A stretch of 64,000 nt of DNA from Raillietiella orientalis (Eukaryota): positions 62,001-126,000 of the forward strand of contig JAYWIR010000024.1 of NCBI GenBank assembly GCA_036172245.1, in the 5' to 3' direction. The notes under the pieces are model-generated. The model was not told the DNA's origin and did not search any database. It worked only from the letters and a program-made list of their open reading frames with translations. The position numbers and the translations under genes were made by a program. Positions 52,470-64,000 of the stretch are shown here, piece by piece. How positions within the stretch are numbered: the first letter of the stretch is position 1; every line of letters starts with the position of its first letter.

Positions 52470-55093
52470 TTTAGGAACTTGCTCTTCAGTGCAATGAATG
52501 AAGAAACTGTCCTTAAGGCAGGTTCTTGCTAGTACTTCAAAAACGAACATTCCAAAATTTATTCCACATTTTAAGCCATATTAAATTTTATAAAAGTAGT
52601 AATGTACATATATGTGTTACAGTTATGCAGCACATGAAAAGCAAGTTTGCAGTTGCTTATGCTCAATGTGCTTAGAAATCTCCAAGTAATTATTTTTGTT
52701 ATAATTGTTTGTTTGTCTCATACTTAGATGCATGAAGTAGCTTTCATGGGTAGCTGAAAGTAATAAAAGATAACTAGTTTGGTAATTTAGTGGAGTTTTT
52801 ATCTTTGTTTTCAGAGGAAGCCTCAACTTGGAGTGGTGGGTTTCCTTGACCTGACAGGGCAGTGAAATGATTTGAAAATTGTCATGTAGTTTCCACTCAT
52901 ACTGTGCTCTTAGAACATGAAGGACCAAGTTTTGCACTGAACATGTGAGACTGTGATTCGCTTTATGTATTTAAAAATTTGGCAAGTCCCCATGCTGTAT
53001 CAGTGTGTAACATCCGTTTGGTCTGATAGCCCTTCATTGCTGAAAGCCTTCAGTGAAGATTCCTTCCTTTCACACGAGACGAAAATATCATGAGCATGTC
53101 GAGAATGATGCTGCACGTGTTTTTCCTTCCGTTCATTTCTGTCATTATCCTGATAAAATGCTAACTGTTTCCTAGCCAAAATTCCTAAGCTTTTCGCATT
53201 TCTTAAAATTTTGTAAGTATGCACAATCTGTACGGCAAAAGGGTTATTTAAAAGAGAACATACGTCCGAGTTTGCACAAGCATCTAAGAGATGGGGTTTT
53301 GCGGATAAAATTGCCCCCTACTGCACTCATTCTTCCGGAAATGCTCGTTACTACGTTTGCTCCCCGACCAGAATAGAGAAACGAGATGAATCCGCTTCGT
53401 TTGCATCCCTTGTAAGATTCTTGTGGTGGTGCCATTTTCATGTCCTCCAAAGACAGCTGGGCTGTAAGTCGTGGAGTGAATCACCCCCTGGCATGAGCAC
53501 ACTGCCAGCTGGTGGAATTGAGAGCGCGATGCTTGGGTTGCCACTGTGGATGCGCAGATTCGGATGGCTGTGTGGACCCTGAGGCAGGTAGAAAGTGGTT
53601 CGCCTCCTTGCCGGTGGATCATTCCGACGGTGGGATGACGTGACCGAGCTTGACGCCAGAAAAAATACTTCATTCGACGCTCCTGATATCTTGAACACAT
53701 GTTCACTCGAAGGGCAGCTAGTGAAATTAACGTGGCAAGCCGCTTGGAATTCCAAGCGTGACCGACTACTTCGCATTTTCGACGATTCGCGGTGACTGCG
53801 TCATGGGGGCGAAGGCCCTTAATTCGAACCCACAGGCACCTAAGGCCGCTTGCTAGTTTTACTCTCCGGAGGTATTTAGCGTGAAAAGACGAAAGCATTC
53901 CTCTCAGAGTGCGGACCGAAGCTGTGAAACGAACACGTGGAATGCGACAAAACAACAAATTTCGTCGTTTCTGTCGCATTCGGCAAAACAGGAGGTCGCA
54001 TTGGGGGGGGGGGAAGAAGAAAGGTCTGAACCAGAGTCATAAAACCCCACGTCAGCAACCGGAAAGAATCGTAGCCTGGATTGTAAATCTCGTCTCAACC
54101 GGGTTTTCCATCTTGGACGAAGATTTTGGTATCAGCAGCGTGCATTCCATTCTTTCGTCCATGATAACTGACCTTCCTGCTTTGCTTCATCCGCAGTACC
54201 TGTCTCTTCGAAGCAGGTGCTCCAAACAGCATTTTAAGGATGCTGTATACAACCGTCCAAGGGACTACCCCTCGTTGCAAAATGAGAGCTGCAATCAAAA
54301 CGTGGCTTCCTACCTTTTTGCTCTTACAAAGCATCATGAGCCATCGCTGATCCTTGGCTCGTGTGTTCTGCTATGCATACCACACATTGCGTAGCCATTC
54401 TTTTGGCATCTGGAAAAAAGCATGCCTTTTGCTCGAGTCTTCCTCCGAGAGCCCCTACTGTGGTAGGAGCTTCCCGTTTCCACGAGTTCGTCGGAAAATA
54501 AGGACTGCTCCTTACCTGAGAATCTAAAGAAACAACTTGTGGTCGTAACGTTTTCAAGTCACGGGATATTCAGACATTCGAGCTTGACCTTTTCATCGGA
54601 TTGCTGGTAGGCAAACCCACTTTGAACGTAAGAAGGGTGCTGCTGTGGTGAAGGAAGGATACGGTAACATGGAGTGTTATTGCAGTAATCCCCGTAAAGA
54701 AGGACAGCATCGACAAGAAAAAACCCGCGTGCATGCATTCTTATTTTCAACTTTTTCTTCTTCGTCCACAATGCTGAGACAAGAATACGCATTTGGACAG
54801 TTCACCAACTGTCTTTAACTGATGCACATTCCGATGGATGTAAAGAGAGGAAAGGAAAAAAACACACATCGGATGCAAAAAAAACATTTGGTCTTGAAGT
54901 GCACCCTATTGGTTTACAGAAGAGCATAAAGCGAGGTGATTTTAGCTTGGGTATGGAATTTGCATCTCATTCTGTAATCAGTTTTGATATCTTCACCTCC
55001 CCACTATTCTGTTTGAACATTCTTCATGGTCTTCCGTTTCGAAAACAATGACAAACGCAAGAGACGAAAGACAGACGAAGAACAAGTTGCGTG

Positions 55094-55414
55094 TCAGCGC
55101 ATTTGATTAACTGATTGCTGCTCGCGAAATGGTGCCAACCCTTTTCTGTGGCATGCGGAAATTTTTTTGAGGTTAACCAAATGATATGCGCAAAACACCA
55201 CAGCGAAAGCAGTTATTGGATTTACGATATTATCACGACAGATGGGAGAACCGTCTTGTTGCAGTAAGTTTTCGGTAAGCTTTTCAATCTTCTCCAGAAG
55301 ACAGTGAGTAGTTGGAATGAATGCCGAATGACCATGGAACAGGGATTTTGATGTCATTGTCTCTGACTTGGATGTTGCTGGTTCTTCACGATGTCCATTA
55401 TTGGAAGCAGCCAT
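55094..55414 (-). pseudogene. Fragment resembling the C-terminus of SAMD3-like transposon-associated ORFs
   Basis: NPITAFAVVFCAYHLVNLK matches the A...LF..YY.FN.. pattern; no intact gene visible. Confidence 0.3.
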
Positions 55415-57104
55415 CCGACAAAAGTGGTTTCAACCTGCAACAGGAGCGGCGTGACCATTATACTTCAGGCAAAGTGACTTCCAAAGATGCCGATTCTTCT
55501 CAAAGAGCAGCAGTTGCTAATTCGTTCTGCATGCTCTGCGGAGCAGAAGGATTCGTGCAGTTCAAAATTGCTACTTGAATCCCTCCTGGTCGAGAATCAG
55601 CATGGCGAATTTGATGAGAGTTCATGGAGAGCTGAACATGTTTCTTGCTCAGCATGGCGGCAGATGGGTTCCGAATAAGGGAACTGCCGTTTGCTTGTTT
55701 TTCGAAATTCGGATGTGCTGCTGCCGCCAGCTTCTCTTCGGAGCACGTGAGGAAGATAGGCAACGAACGTTGCAGTCAGTGGGTGACGTACCTTAGCTTC
55801 TCTGGTTTGCAAGAAAAAGGTTCCGATGACCGGGGAGTTTAGAGCGTGGGTCCAGATTCATGCAGAGTACTGTGGATGAACAAAGCATATACACAAGTCC
55901 TTCACTCAGACTCCGAAGGCATCTTGGAAGAGAATACGCTAGTGCTTACGTCAGCCCAAGATCCAGAAACCCTTTCAGAAAAATGACTTCCATTAGAACC
56001 TTTCATTCCACCCCTCGAACACGAAAAGTGTTTCTCTTTACAAAACTTGTGCACTTTTGTACATTGCAGCTGCATACGTTGTCCTTAATATGCCGCCTTA
56101 TCTCTCTGCAAATATCTGTTCAGGTTCGTCAGTTAACCAAAGCTTACGGGGCACGCATGCGCCAAGGTGAGCGGCACCAGCGAAAGGACAACTTTGAAGA
56201 GCTATTGAAAAGAGCATGCGTGCCTACAAAAAGCAGCATGATTTGCAACCGTGGCTGACGTCTAGTTCCTTCCTGCGGTTCTGGTTCAGCTTTCCTCCAT
56301 CCTTCAGGATGAACACTTTGTCTTACAAACAGCAGGAGGCCTTTTTTCAAGAGTTTTGTGCCCATTGGATCTGAGCTTTTTCTCTTGCATCGACAAGAAC
56401 TATCAGCTGTGTCCACACGGCGTGTGCCTTGTGCGGTGTTTCCTTATTCTTAGCTAAGAGGATTTGCTAGGAGCGCCTTTCCAGATTGGGTGTCTTCCAA
56501 GACAGAATCTTCGCGAAGCAGATGTTCTGATTCCAAAACCTTCCCTGAAGCAAACGAAAGCACGACATCTTCCGGATGAAGCCGCCCAATAGTGGATAAA
56601 CCTTGTGCTAAAACACAAGCATCGGGCATGGTAAGGCTTCATCAAAGCTCGCAACTTTGCGGCTTACGACGGAACTCATTGAACACGCCATCAAAATTGT
56701 GCATTTGCATAGATGCAGCCCATTCGCAAATGGTTGCAGAGCACCATTCTATCAAGGGAAGAGTCGATTTCGAAGTTGCTTAAAACATGTAAACGTTCCT
56801 ACTCTTGTCAGGGTTTCGGCAAGGCTGGGAGTTTTTGTGAGGAGCCACACTTGATAATTCTGACGCGTAGAGCTGGGCCTAATTCAACTTTAGAGTCAGT
56901 TCAAGATGGATTCAGGGCCTCACAAGCTCTTGCGGAAATTTCGGCAAAGGCATTGAACAACAAGAAAAAAACAACGCAAGAGACGTGCTAAGCAAAAAGG
57001 AAAAAGCTGTATTCAGTCCACTGTATCGACGGAATCTCAAGTCTCAATAACCACCGTTCAACCGGCGCCACGCACTCATCTCGATCTGTTTCAGCGGCTG
57101 CCAC

Positions 57105-58980
57105 GTGTACGGTGTGCCGGTGCCGCGGGGTATCAGGCAGGGCAACAGTTTAATCCCGTTGCTCTTCAGCATCTTTGAGTTGGTGCTGAGGGCGTACAGG
57201 CTGACGCTGGCTAACTTGCCGAGCTCTTGTCCAGGTACGCCGTCCTTGGCGGCCTATGCCGATGACCTGCTTCTCCTTTTACCCATGACCACCCCGGCGT
57301 CCAGTCTCGAGGATTTTCTCGAGCTGATTCGCCGGGGAGCGAGCATGAGCGTAAACCGGAGCAAGAGTGTGGTCGTTCTTGTTGGCGAGGCGTGGGAGGG
57401 GCAGTCCAACTGGATCTGCTTACGTCTTTGAAGTACTTAGGCGTCCCGCTGGGGGACATCAGCCCAGTGGAAGCGTGGTCGGACTGCCTTCGGAAGGCTG
57501 CGAGTGCTCTAAGCCCGTTCCAGCTTAGAAGGTTCCTTCTGCCGGAGCGGGTCTACGTTTGGAACACCTTCGTTGCCCCCTCTTACGCCCCTTGTTTTCT
57601 GTTTGTCCGCCCCCCTACTCGGTCAAGCTCCAGGCACGCAGTCTGTTGAGAAACGCTCTGTGGAGACCCGCGAGATCCAGGATCCGCCTCAAAGACTTGG
57701 CGTCTCCGCGTCGGGATGCCGGCTTGGGCATCCTGACTCTGGAGAGAATAGAACTGCAAGTGCAATTACGTATGTTGGCCCTGTGTGCCAACCTCTGTGC
57801 CTCATGTGCCTACCACTCCGTGGTATGCTCTCTCGCTCCTGCCGCATACGGAGCGCGCCACGAGAAGCTTCGGTTTCCGTCTGAAACCCCTCTACCGGCT
57901 CCTGGTAGCCCACGCATGGATCTCCTGCAGCCCAACGAACTTTAACGTCTGGCGGCAGGAACCGTTGCATACCCGGGCAAGGCAACATGTTTGTTTCCCT
58001 TTTGGAACTCCGTTGCGCCGACCTCTCTCCGTACTGTACGGTGGAGGAGGTCTGGAACAACCTGGTCGTCACGCCCTTCGCCGAGGCGCTGTCAGCCCTC
58101 AGGGCAAGAGATGACAGCTGCCAACCGAGGTGGGAGATCGCCTGCACCATCGCAGGAGCAACCCGACCCATGGGCGGCTGGAGGACTAGTGAGCTGGCAG
58201 ACGCCGCCACGCCTCGCAACATCGCGAAGGGACTCCTTCAGTGGAGCGAACTTTTGAGGGCACCCCCCGAAGAACCTGTGGTCTCTCCTTCCTGTTTGAA
58301 CACTTCCGTGTTCCTCCTTTCTTCGAAGCAGGATGTCATCCTGCTGGTGCATTGGAGTTTTCATTCCAACCAGCGGACGAACTGTGTTTCCGGGGGAGTT
58401 GTCTCCCCGAACTGCAAAAGGTGCGGAGAAGTGGAAACGCTCCCGCACCTGCTCTTGGACTGCGGCATCCTCCAAGGACTGTGACGGAGGCTAGCCTCAG
58501 CTCTCCTGCTCCAGGGGGACACTGCAAGGGATTTGACGCGCCGCTTCTTCACGCCAGGTGGCCTGTCCTTAGATGCTGTCATCGCAACGGTCTGTTGCAC
58601 CCGCGCCATCGACAAGGCCCACCGAGAGCTGGAGAAGCAGGCGATTCGACGACAGGCCACCGGAATAGCCGACGACAACATCACGTCGGCTGCCGAGTGG
58701 GTCCATCTTCCGGAAGATGTGAGGAGCGAGATCACCGGCATCCGCCACCGGTTCTGAAGGAAAGGAACGGTCGAAACCAAAGACCCCTGTCCCCTCCCCT
58801 CCCCATGTCTTTATTTATATTTTTATATGTGTATTTGTGGTCCCCTCCTCCCGTTTCGGACTTTCGGTTTACCGACCTGCGTGTCGGGGATCCCTCCATT
58901 CGTTTTTCTGTGTCCTTTGTCCGGGAACTCTGTTCCCGGATAGTTTTGAAATAAACGCGCCGGCGCACCCGTGTGGGAAA
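57105..58980 (+). mobile_element. 5'-truncated, frameshifted L1/Tx1-like non-LTR retrotransposon
   Basis: Successive frames give RGIRQGNSLIPLLF, AYADD, VNRSKS, KYLGVPLG, DAGLGI and a C-terminal CKRCGEVETLPHLLLDC zinc finger. The 3' UTR ends in AATAAA plus a hairpin. Confidence 0.9.
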
Positions 58981-60936
58981 CAGCCACCGTTCAGGAGAAT
59001 TGTGTTGACAGTTGTAACCGCGGCCTCGGAAGCAGGAAGCGTTTGTATGGGGGCAAAGTGGTCTTTCAAAGCGTGTCTCGTGCCCACCGGCAGGCAGTTT
59101 GCATGCCATCCAGTCATCACCGGTAGGTTGGCCACCACTGTTCTTAATCGTGGTTAAGGAACCTGAGACTTTTGCGGGTGAAATCCAGGGGCTTGGATGA
59201 ATCAGATCTCTTTGCTGTATGCTGCTGACCTGGCCGTGTGGTTAAGAGTCCTGGGTGGGGTGGCTGATGTGGAGAGCTTCGGGTGCCACGAAGCTAGCTC
59301 GTAAGGATGGGAAAAATTCCACACACTGGTGGAGAAAAAAGCAATAACGGTAACAATTAAGCATCTATTTCCAACAATTAAGCACTTTCTAATAATTAAG
59401 CATCCATTTCTAATGTCAATAAATTAAAAATGGAAGCAGAATCAAAGAGTGTATTCCTATTTTTAAACTGTCGGTTGCTAAGAAACAAAAAGTACACAAG
59501 CTGTAGTCTAAGCGGGAATCCCTAAGATTGCGAATTCTGAGCGAACTTCGTTGCGCTTAAAGTGGCACAGAAGCACTCTAAAACTTCTGGAGAATTGCGC
59601 GGCGAAGCAACGTTTCCACCCTGGAGATGAAGCTGATGTTCCTGGTAAGTTAAAACACATTGAAACATATCTATTCTTCACTCATATTCTGTTCAAAGCC
59701 TCTGCTTCGCTTTCCGCTCATTTTCAGCAGAGTCGACATGTGCAGGTAGCATTTCTTTTTCGTTTTTTTGTGTCCAGTTGAAACTCAAATTTTAAATCTT
59801 AACCAGTTTTGCTCCAGTACTTCGGAGGGATATTTAAAATAAATGCGTGATCTGAAACCTGAGAAAACCTTCTGTTCGTTCGATTTTCCTTTGGTTCCTT
59901 TTCGAAAGTGTTCCGTGAACGTTCGGGGATGCTGAAATTCTGCGGGGTGATGCACTGAAACGCAAATTTGGCGATCACAGCGGCCGTGGATAAAAAGGAA
60001 CGATAAGCTGACGTCCATAAGATCATTGAGGAATTCTGTTGCATGGTACAATGCTTCTTTGCGGACCGGATTCTTTCTGTGCAGCCGCGGATGCTGAAGG
60101 TCGTCACTGTCAAGCTTCTTCTTCTTCTCTCTCTCTCTCTTTTTATTATTTTGTGGACAGGAAGTCGCATCCCGAACAAACATTGCAGAGCTGATCGAAA
60201 TTCAGGAAACTGAAGGAGCATGGCAGTTCCATCTCGAAACTGTGAGTCTTCTGGATGAGCATTCGGCAGGAGAACTCGGTTTTGCTGATAGTCTTGGACG
60301 CAATAGATTGTGTCCACCGAGCAACAGATCCACATGCACGTTCAGTCAGCTCTTAACCTCTCGGGGAAATCCTCTTTTGTCAAAGGCGTTCTCGAGCTCG
60401 AAGCACGAAATGCACAAAAAGTGATGGGCGAGGCCAAGACTGGGCTACTTAGGGGAAGCCGTGTTTGGGTCACTTGACGAGCAAACAACAAGCACCTCCA
60501 GTAAAGTTGACAGGTCGAGGAAATTATTTCGCTGAGCGCCAGCAGCCTCGTTTTTCTTCAAAAAAAGAAAGAAAAAACTGGTTGTCAGTGTCTCCCAGAA
60601 CAACTATGAATAAATAATAATAATAAATTGGGCTCGATCACTTTACAAATGTGCTGAAGCCAATGGCGACAAGTGTAACGTACTGCGGTCACATTAAGGA
60701 TTCCAGTTTGTCTTATCCTCCACGGCATCGAAGAAGCCGGACAGATTTTCGAAATCGAAGGCGCATAAAAAAGGTATGGGCGTGTGCATCTCCGTAGCGA
60801 CGGTTTGACAAACTAGCCAAGTTTCCAGCCATGAGAGGTTTTCGTTGCTGCTTCTGCCTTTTTTTGGTTTTTCATCGGCACGGTGGCCTCCGCTTCTTCC
60901 GCAAAGGTTCGATGTGCGGTTCGGGCTAGCCTGTGA

Positions 60937-61350
60937 CCCTAGTGACCATTTTGTGCATAAATGGTCACTGGTGTCATAGTAGGGCACCGATTAAAATTGT
61001 AAAACCTTAATAATTTTTCGTAACATTTTATGCTGTTAATGAATTGCAATTACCTTTACAAATTATTTTATAAGTTATCTGCACATTCACAACATAAAGG
61101 TCTTCGGTGTTGGGCACGTGTAACCTTTTTGCAACAGGTACGCTTTCCCTCCCTTTCCGGTTGGTGGAACGTGGAGGAACATCTTCGCAGAGCTTATGGA
61201 TGGTTAAAGGTTCTTGTGGAACATCTCGGAACCTCAGGTCTTCTTCATCTAGTACAGATAAAATCGAAGTTCTCAAAGAACGAGACAATTTCTTGCACTG
61301 CGACCGGCGCTCTGTATGAGGTGTTACAAGCTGGCATCGCTTACCGCTTT
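60937..61350 (-). mobile_element. piggyBac-like transposase 3' remnant and terminus
   Basis: Minus-strand QLVTPHTERRSQCKKLSRSLRTSILSVL, then after a frameshift RRC...RTCCKKVTRAQHRRPLCCEC*, resembles the piggyBac C-terminal Cys-rich domain. CCCT and an 11-bp inverted repeat lie at the end. Confidence 0.55.
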
Positions 61351-61939
61351 CATATTTCCGTCATGTAAATCTTGGTCTTCATTAAATGAAAACTCTTCCA
61401 AATTAGTTTATTCTCTTTCATAGCGTCCAATCGATCCTTCTCGTTCATTTTGTGTGAAAATTCTATGAGAGGCCATGAGTACAAATTCTTCTATGTAACG
61501 TAAAGGGTAACGTGGTGTCGTATACGACACAATCGGGCACAAATTGAAACAAAGTCAGCCGATGTGCACGCAATTGCGACTGCAGGCATACGGAAGGCTT
61601 AGCAACAGGCAGCTGGGACGGCATGTTCGCAACACTGACCATGGAAGAAAGTCTGCACATTTTAGTTCTTGTGTGTTGTATATGACGCCACGTTACCCTT
61701 CTAGGGATAGGATCTGAGGAGGGAAGTCGGACGTGGGATGGGGGAGTCTGAGAGATGAAATCCGTTCCCGCAATTGTGTTTCCAGTGCTCGCACTGAACG
61801 AAACGTTGCGGTGAAAGAAACGCGAGTTAGCATCTGATGGCATTAGAACCTCCAGCTCTCTTCTGCATCCGGTCTCCGTGCGGGACGAAATCAGTCCAGT
61901 TCCAGAGACTTTGCCACGTTCAAAAACTGTGGCCACACG

Positions 61940-62955
61940 CCTGCGTTGGCGGCCGCATGGCTACAGTCTCCGCGAGTGGCACCAAACGTTGCGGGTTCGA
62001 ATCCCCACATGGAGGATCGACCCCGAGAACTGGGAGTGCATCGCGAGTTTCGAGTCCCATTCGCAGGATGGCGCTGGTTGGCCCACGGACTTCGGGTGCG
62101 GCGGCATTGGTTGACACCCGGTCACACCGGAGCATTTATTTAGAAAATAAGCATCCACGTCTGTGATACTGCCACGTGACTTATGGATACGAAAAAGAAC
62201 CTTCAGGGATCTGGCACGCAGACCAGCAGGGTTCGCCTCGGCAGCACAGGGGAGGGGGAGACAAACAAAAAGAAAAAAAATGAAGTCCATAACTGGGGCA
62301 GGGGGGGGGGAGGTTCGGCAAGGGATCACTGTGTGCTGGAGGGCGCCCTCTGCATCCTTCTAATAATGCCTGCAAGTTCCTGTTTTATGGTTCCCAGAAG
62401 GGGCCATCTTGACGCTGTCCTCATGAAGAGGACAGCAGAATAGATGGCGTCCCTGTCGGGAGTATGATGGGTCCCGCCGCGTAGGCAGCAAAGTGCTGCT
62501 AGGGATGAGGCCGGCAGAGGGAGTCACACAGGAAGAGGTGCTTTACAACGTCTCTGGCGTTGCCACCGGGGGTTCCAAGGATTGCGGCAAAGCGTCCCCG
62601 AAGGGGTCGGAGGTCAGCACAGTCCCCTAGGAGGTTCTGGAATGATTCCCGCTCCCCGCACCTTGCACAGTTTGGGTCCACACCCCTCAGTGTCCACAGA
62701 TGCCGGCGGGCGTTACACGGGAGGCCCCAGTGCAGCAGCATCAATGCCGACTCCTGCCACTCTAAGGGGAAGGTGCGGAGGCACTGGTGCAAACCGGATG
62801 CCTCCGTTGACCGGTCTGGATTGTAAGTTGACCCTCCGGGTTCCTTCCAAGAATCAAGGAGCCAGTTCCCGTCAGGGTTTTCCTCCCAAGCGTAAGAGGT
62901 AAGGACTCCTTCCTCCGGAGTTTCCTGGATTCATAGGGCTTTGGGGTTGCCCCCT
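61940..62955 (+). mobile_element. tRNA-headed SINE-like repeat split by a LINE insertion
   Basis: Head with GGGTTCGAATCCC at ~61993; body resumes at ~62790 (aaaccggatgcc); tail tttcctggattcataggg at ~62921. Confidence 0.8.
62112..62771 (-). mobile_element. L1/Tx1-like LINE 3' fragment nested in a tRNA-headed repeat
   Basis: NCARCGERESFQNLLGDC; clear nucleotide similarity to 44520-44960; conserved 3' terminal motif at 62115-62140. Confidence 0.85.
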
Positions 62956-63877
62956 CCTAACTTCAAAAGTTCTGCGCAACTGCACCCTCGGATGGAATAG
63001 ACACCGACGTGAAAACCGACGACTGCTCGAAGTGGATTTCTCTCTCTCTCTCTTTTTTTTTAATCTCAAGCATGATCCCTTCGTCTACTGCAGCTCCGTT
63101 CAGAGAATTCTGCCAGGTTATACACGGACGCACGCGCGATCTTGTTTGCAGTTCCTCATTCGGAAAATTTCGGCGCAGCTTCCCAAATATGACTGAATTT
63201 TTCAAAGAGGCTACTCCTCTGCGGGAATTATTCCATGCTCTGAAAATTACCAGGTGCTTTTCGAGCGCTTAGGAAGTCAGCATTTACTTTCTCTAATCGT
63301 CCTCGCGGTCCGCATTATGACCTCACATTTGAAATTTTGTCATGCACTGGACAGAGTCCATGTACCATCCGATGTAGGATGGTAATTCCAAGGTTCCAAT
63401 ACACCAGTTTACTACAATGGATGAGATTTACCTGCTTCTGTATGTATTCGTAGGAAATGGGTTCGTGGGTATTGAAAATTTCGGTTCCATCTTTTGAAAA
63501 TCCAGTACATGGAACATCAATGAGGGTGCACTGATTCTTAAGGAAGGTGCGTCGATTGATCCCTGATCATCTCCGCACCTTTGTTGCAGCTTTAGAAACA
63601 TCCCGGAGAATTTCTAGGAAATTTACCGACGCAGCACTGAGCGTGAGTGCCGATTATGCGAACGCACAGCAGCACGGAGTAATTACCGACGGCAGCGAAT
63701 TTTTGATTCTGCACACGATTTGACCGTTGAAGTTTCCAGGAGTTACGGGTTGACGGAGTTATCAGTATTGGAAGGCAAAGGGTTTTGCCGCTTTTGCTTC
63801 CCAGACACCTGTTTCCACCAGGACTTGCATTTCAGAACGAATCTTTCGATCCGAGGTCACGACCTCCTCGGAATTCG

Positions 63878-64000
63878 GAGGTTGCCACCCGGGTACGCCG
63901 GGACGTTTATCAAAACTTTCTTTTACGTGGTATAAGGCCCCACTAACGGCCAACACAACACCGGTCCTGCCGGGACGCCGGGACGCAGCCCGGCGTGACT
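63878..64000 (+). mobile_element. Possible hAT-type terminus
   Basis: GAGGTTGCCA (compare AGGGTTGCCA-type TIRs) followed by repeated CCGGGACG motifs; truncated by the window end. Confidence 0.35.

Noticed and set aside
52770..53980. Minus-strand spliced gene using a GTATGT...TTTTATCAG intron (53263-53150)
   Set aside because: All three frames hit stops at or near the junction and no recognisable protein results; cannot be supported without RNA data.
59221..59290. tRNA-like start TGGCCGTGTGGTTAAG
   Set aside because: Box A only; no box B or cloverleaf.
1..64000. Hundreds of 60-240 aa ORFs in the six-frame track
   Set aside because: They overlap, many use non-ATG starts, and they lack recognisable domains. 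Their duplication is explained by the palindrome.

Overview
Eukaryotic, invertebrate-like, repeat-rich genomic DNA; the 5S rRNA resembles arthropod 5S. The main structure is a near-perfect inverted duplication: 1-13881 is the reverse complement of 20999-34879 (paired positions sum to ~34880). The ~7.1 kb spacer holds three 5S rDNA units in mixed orientation. Most of the rest is decayed mobile-element debris: (i) many diverged L1/Tx1-like LINE copies sharing a 3' AATAAA plus 5-nt-loop hairpin and no poly(A) tail; (ii) a ~0.55-0.65 kb family with a tRNA-derived head and an internal ~41-bp hairpin minisatellite; (iii) low-confidence piggyBac, hAT and Gypsy remnants. The only convincing host genes lie in a small AT-rich island at 51.4-52.5 kb: a two-exon GON7-like gene immediately followed by a C14orf119/DUF4508 homologue, possibly from one transcription unit. 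All family calls are by-eye motif recognition; no database searches were run.
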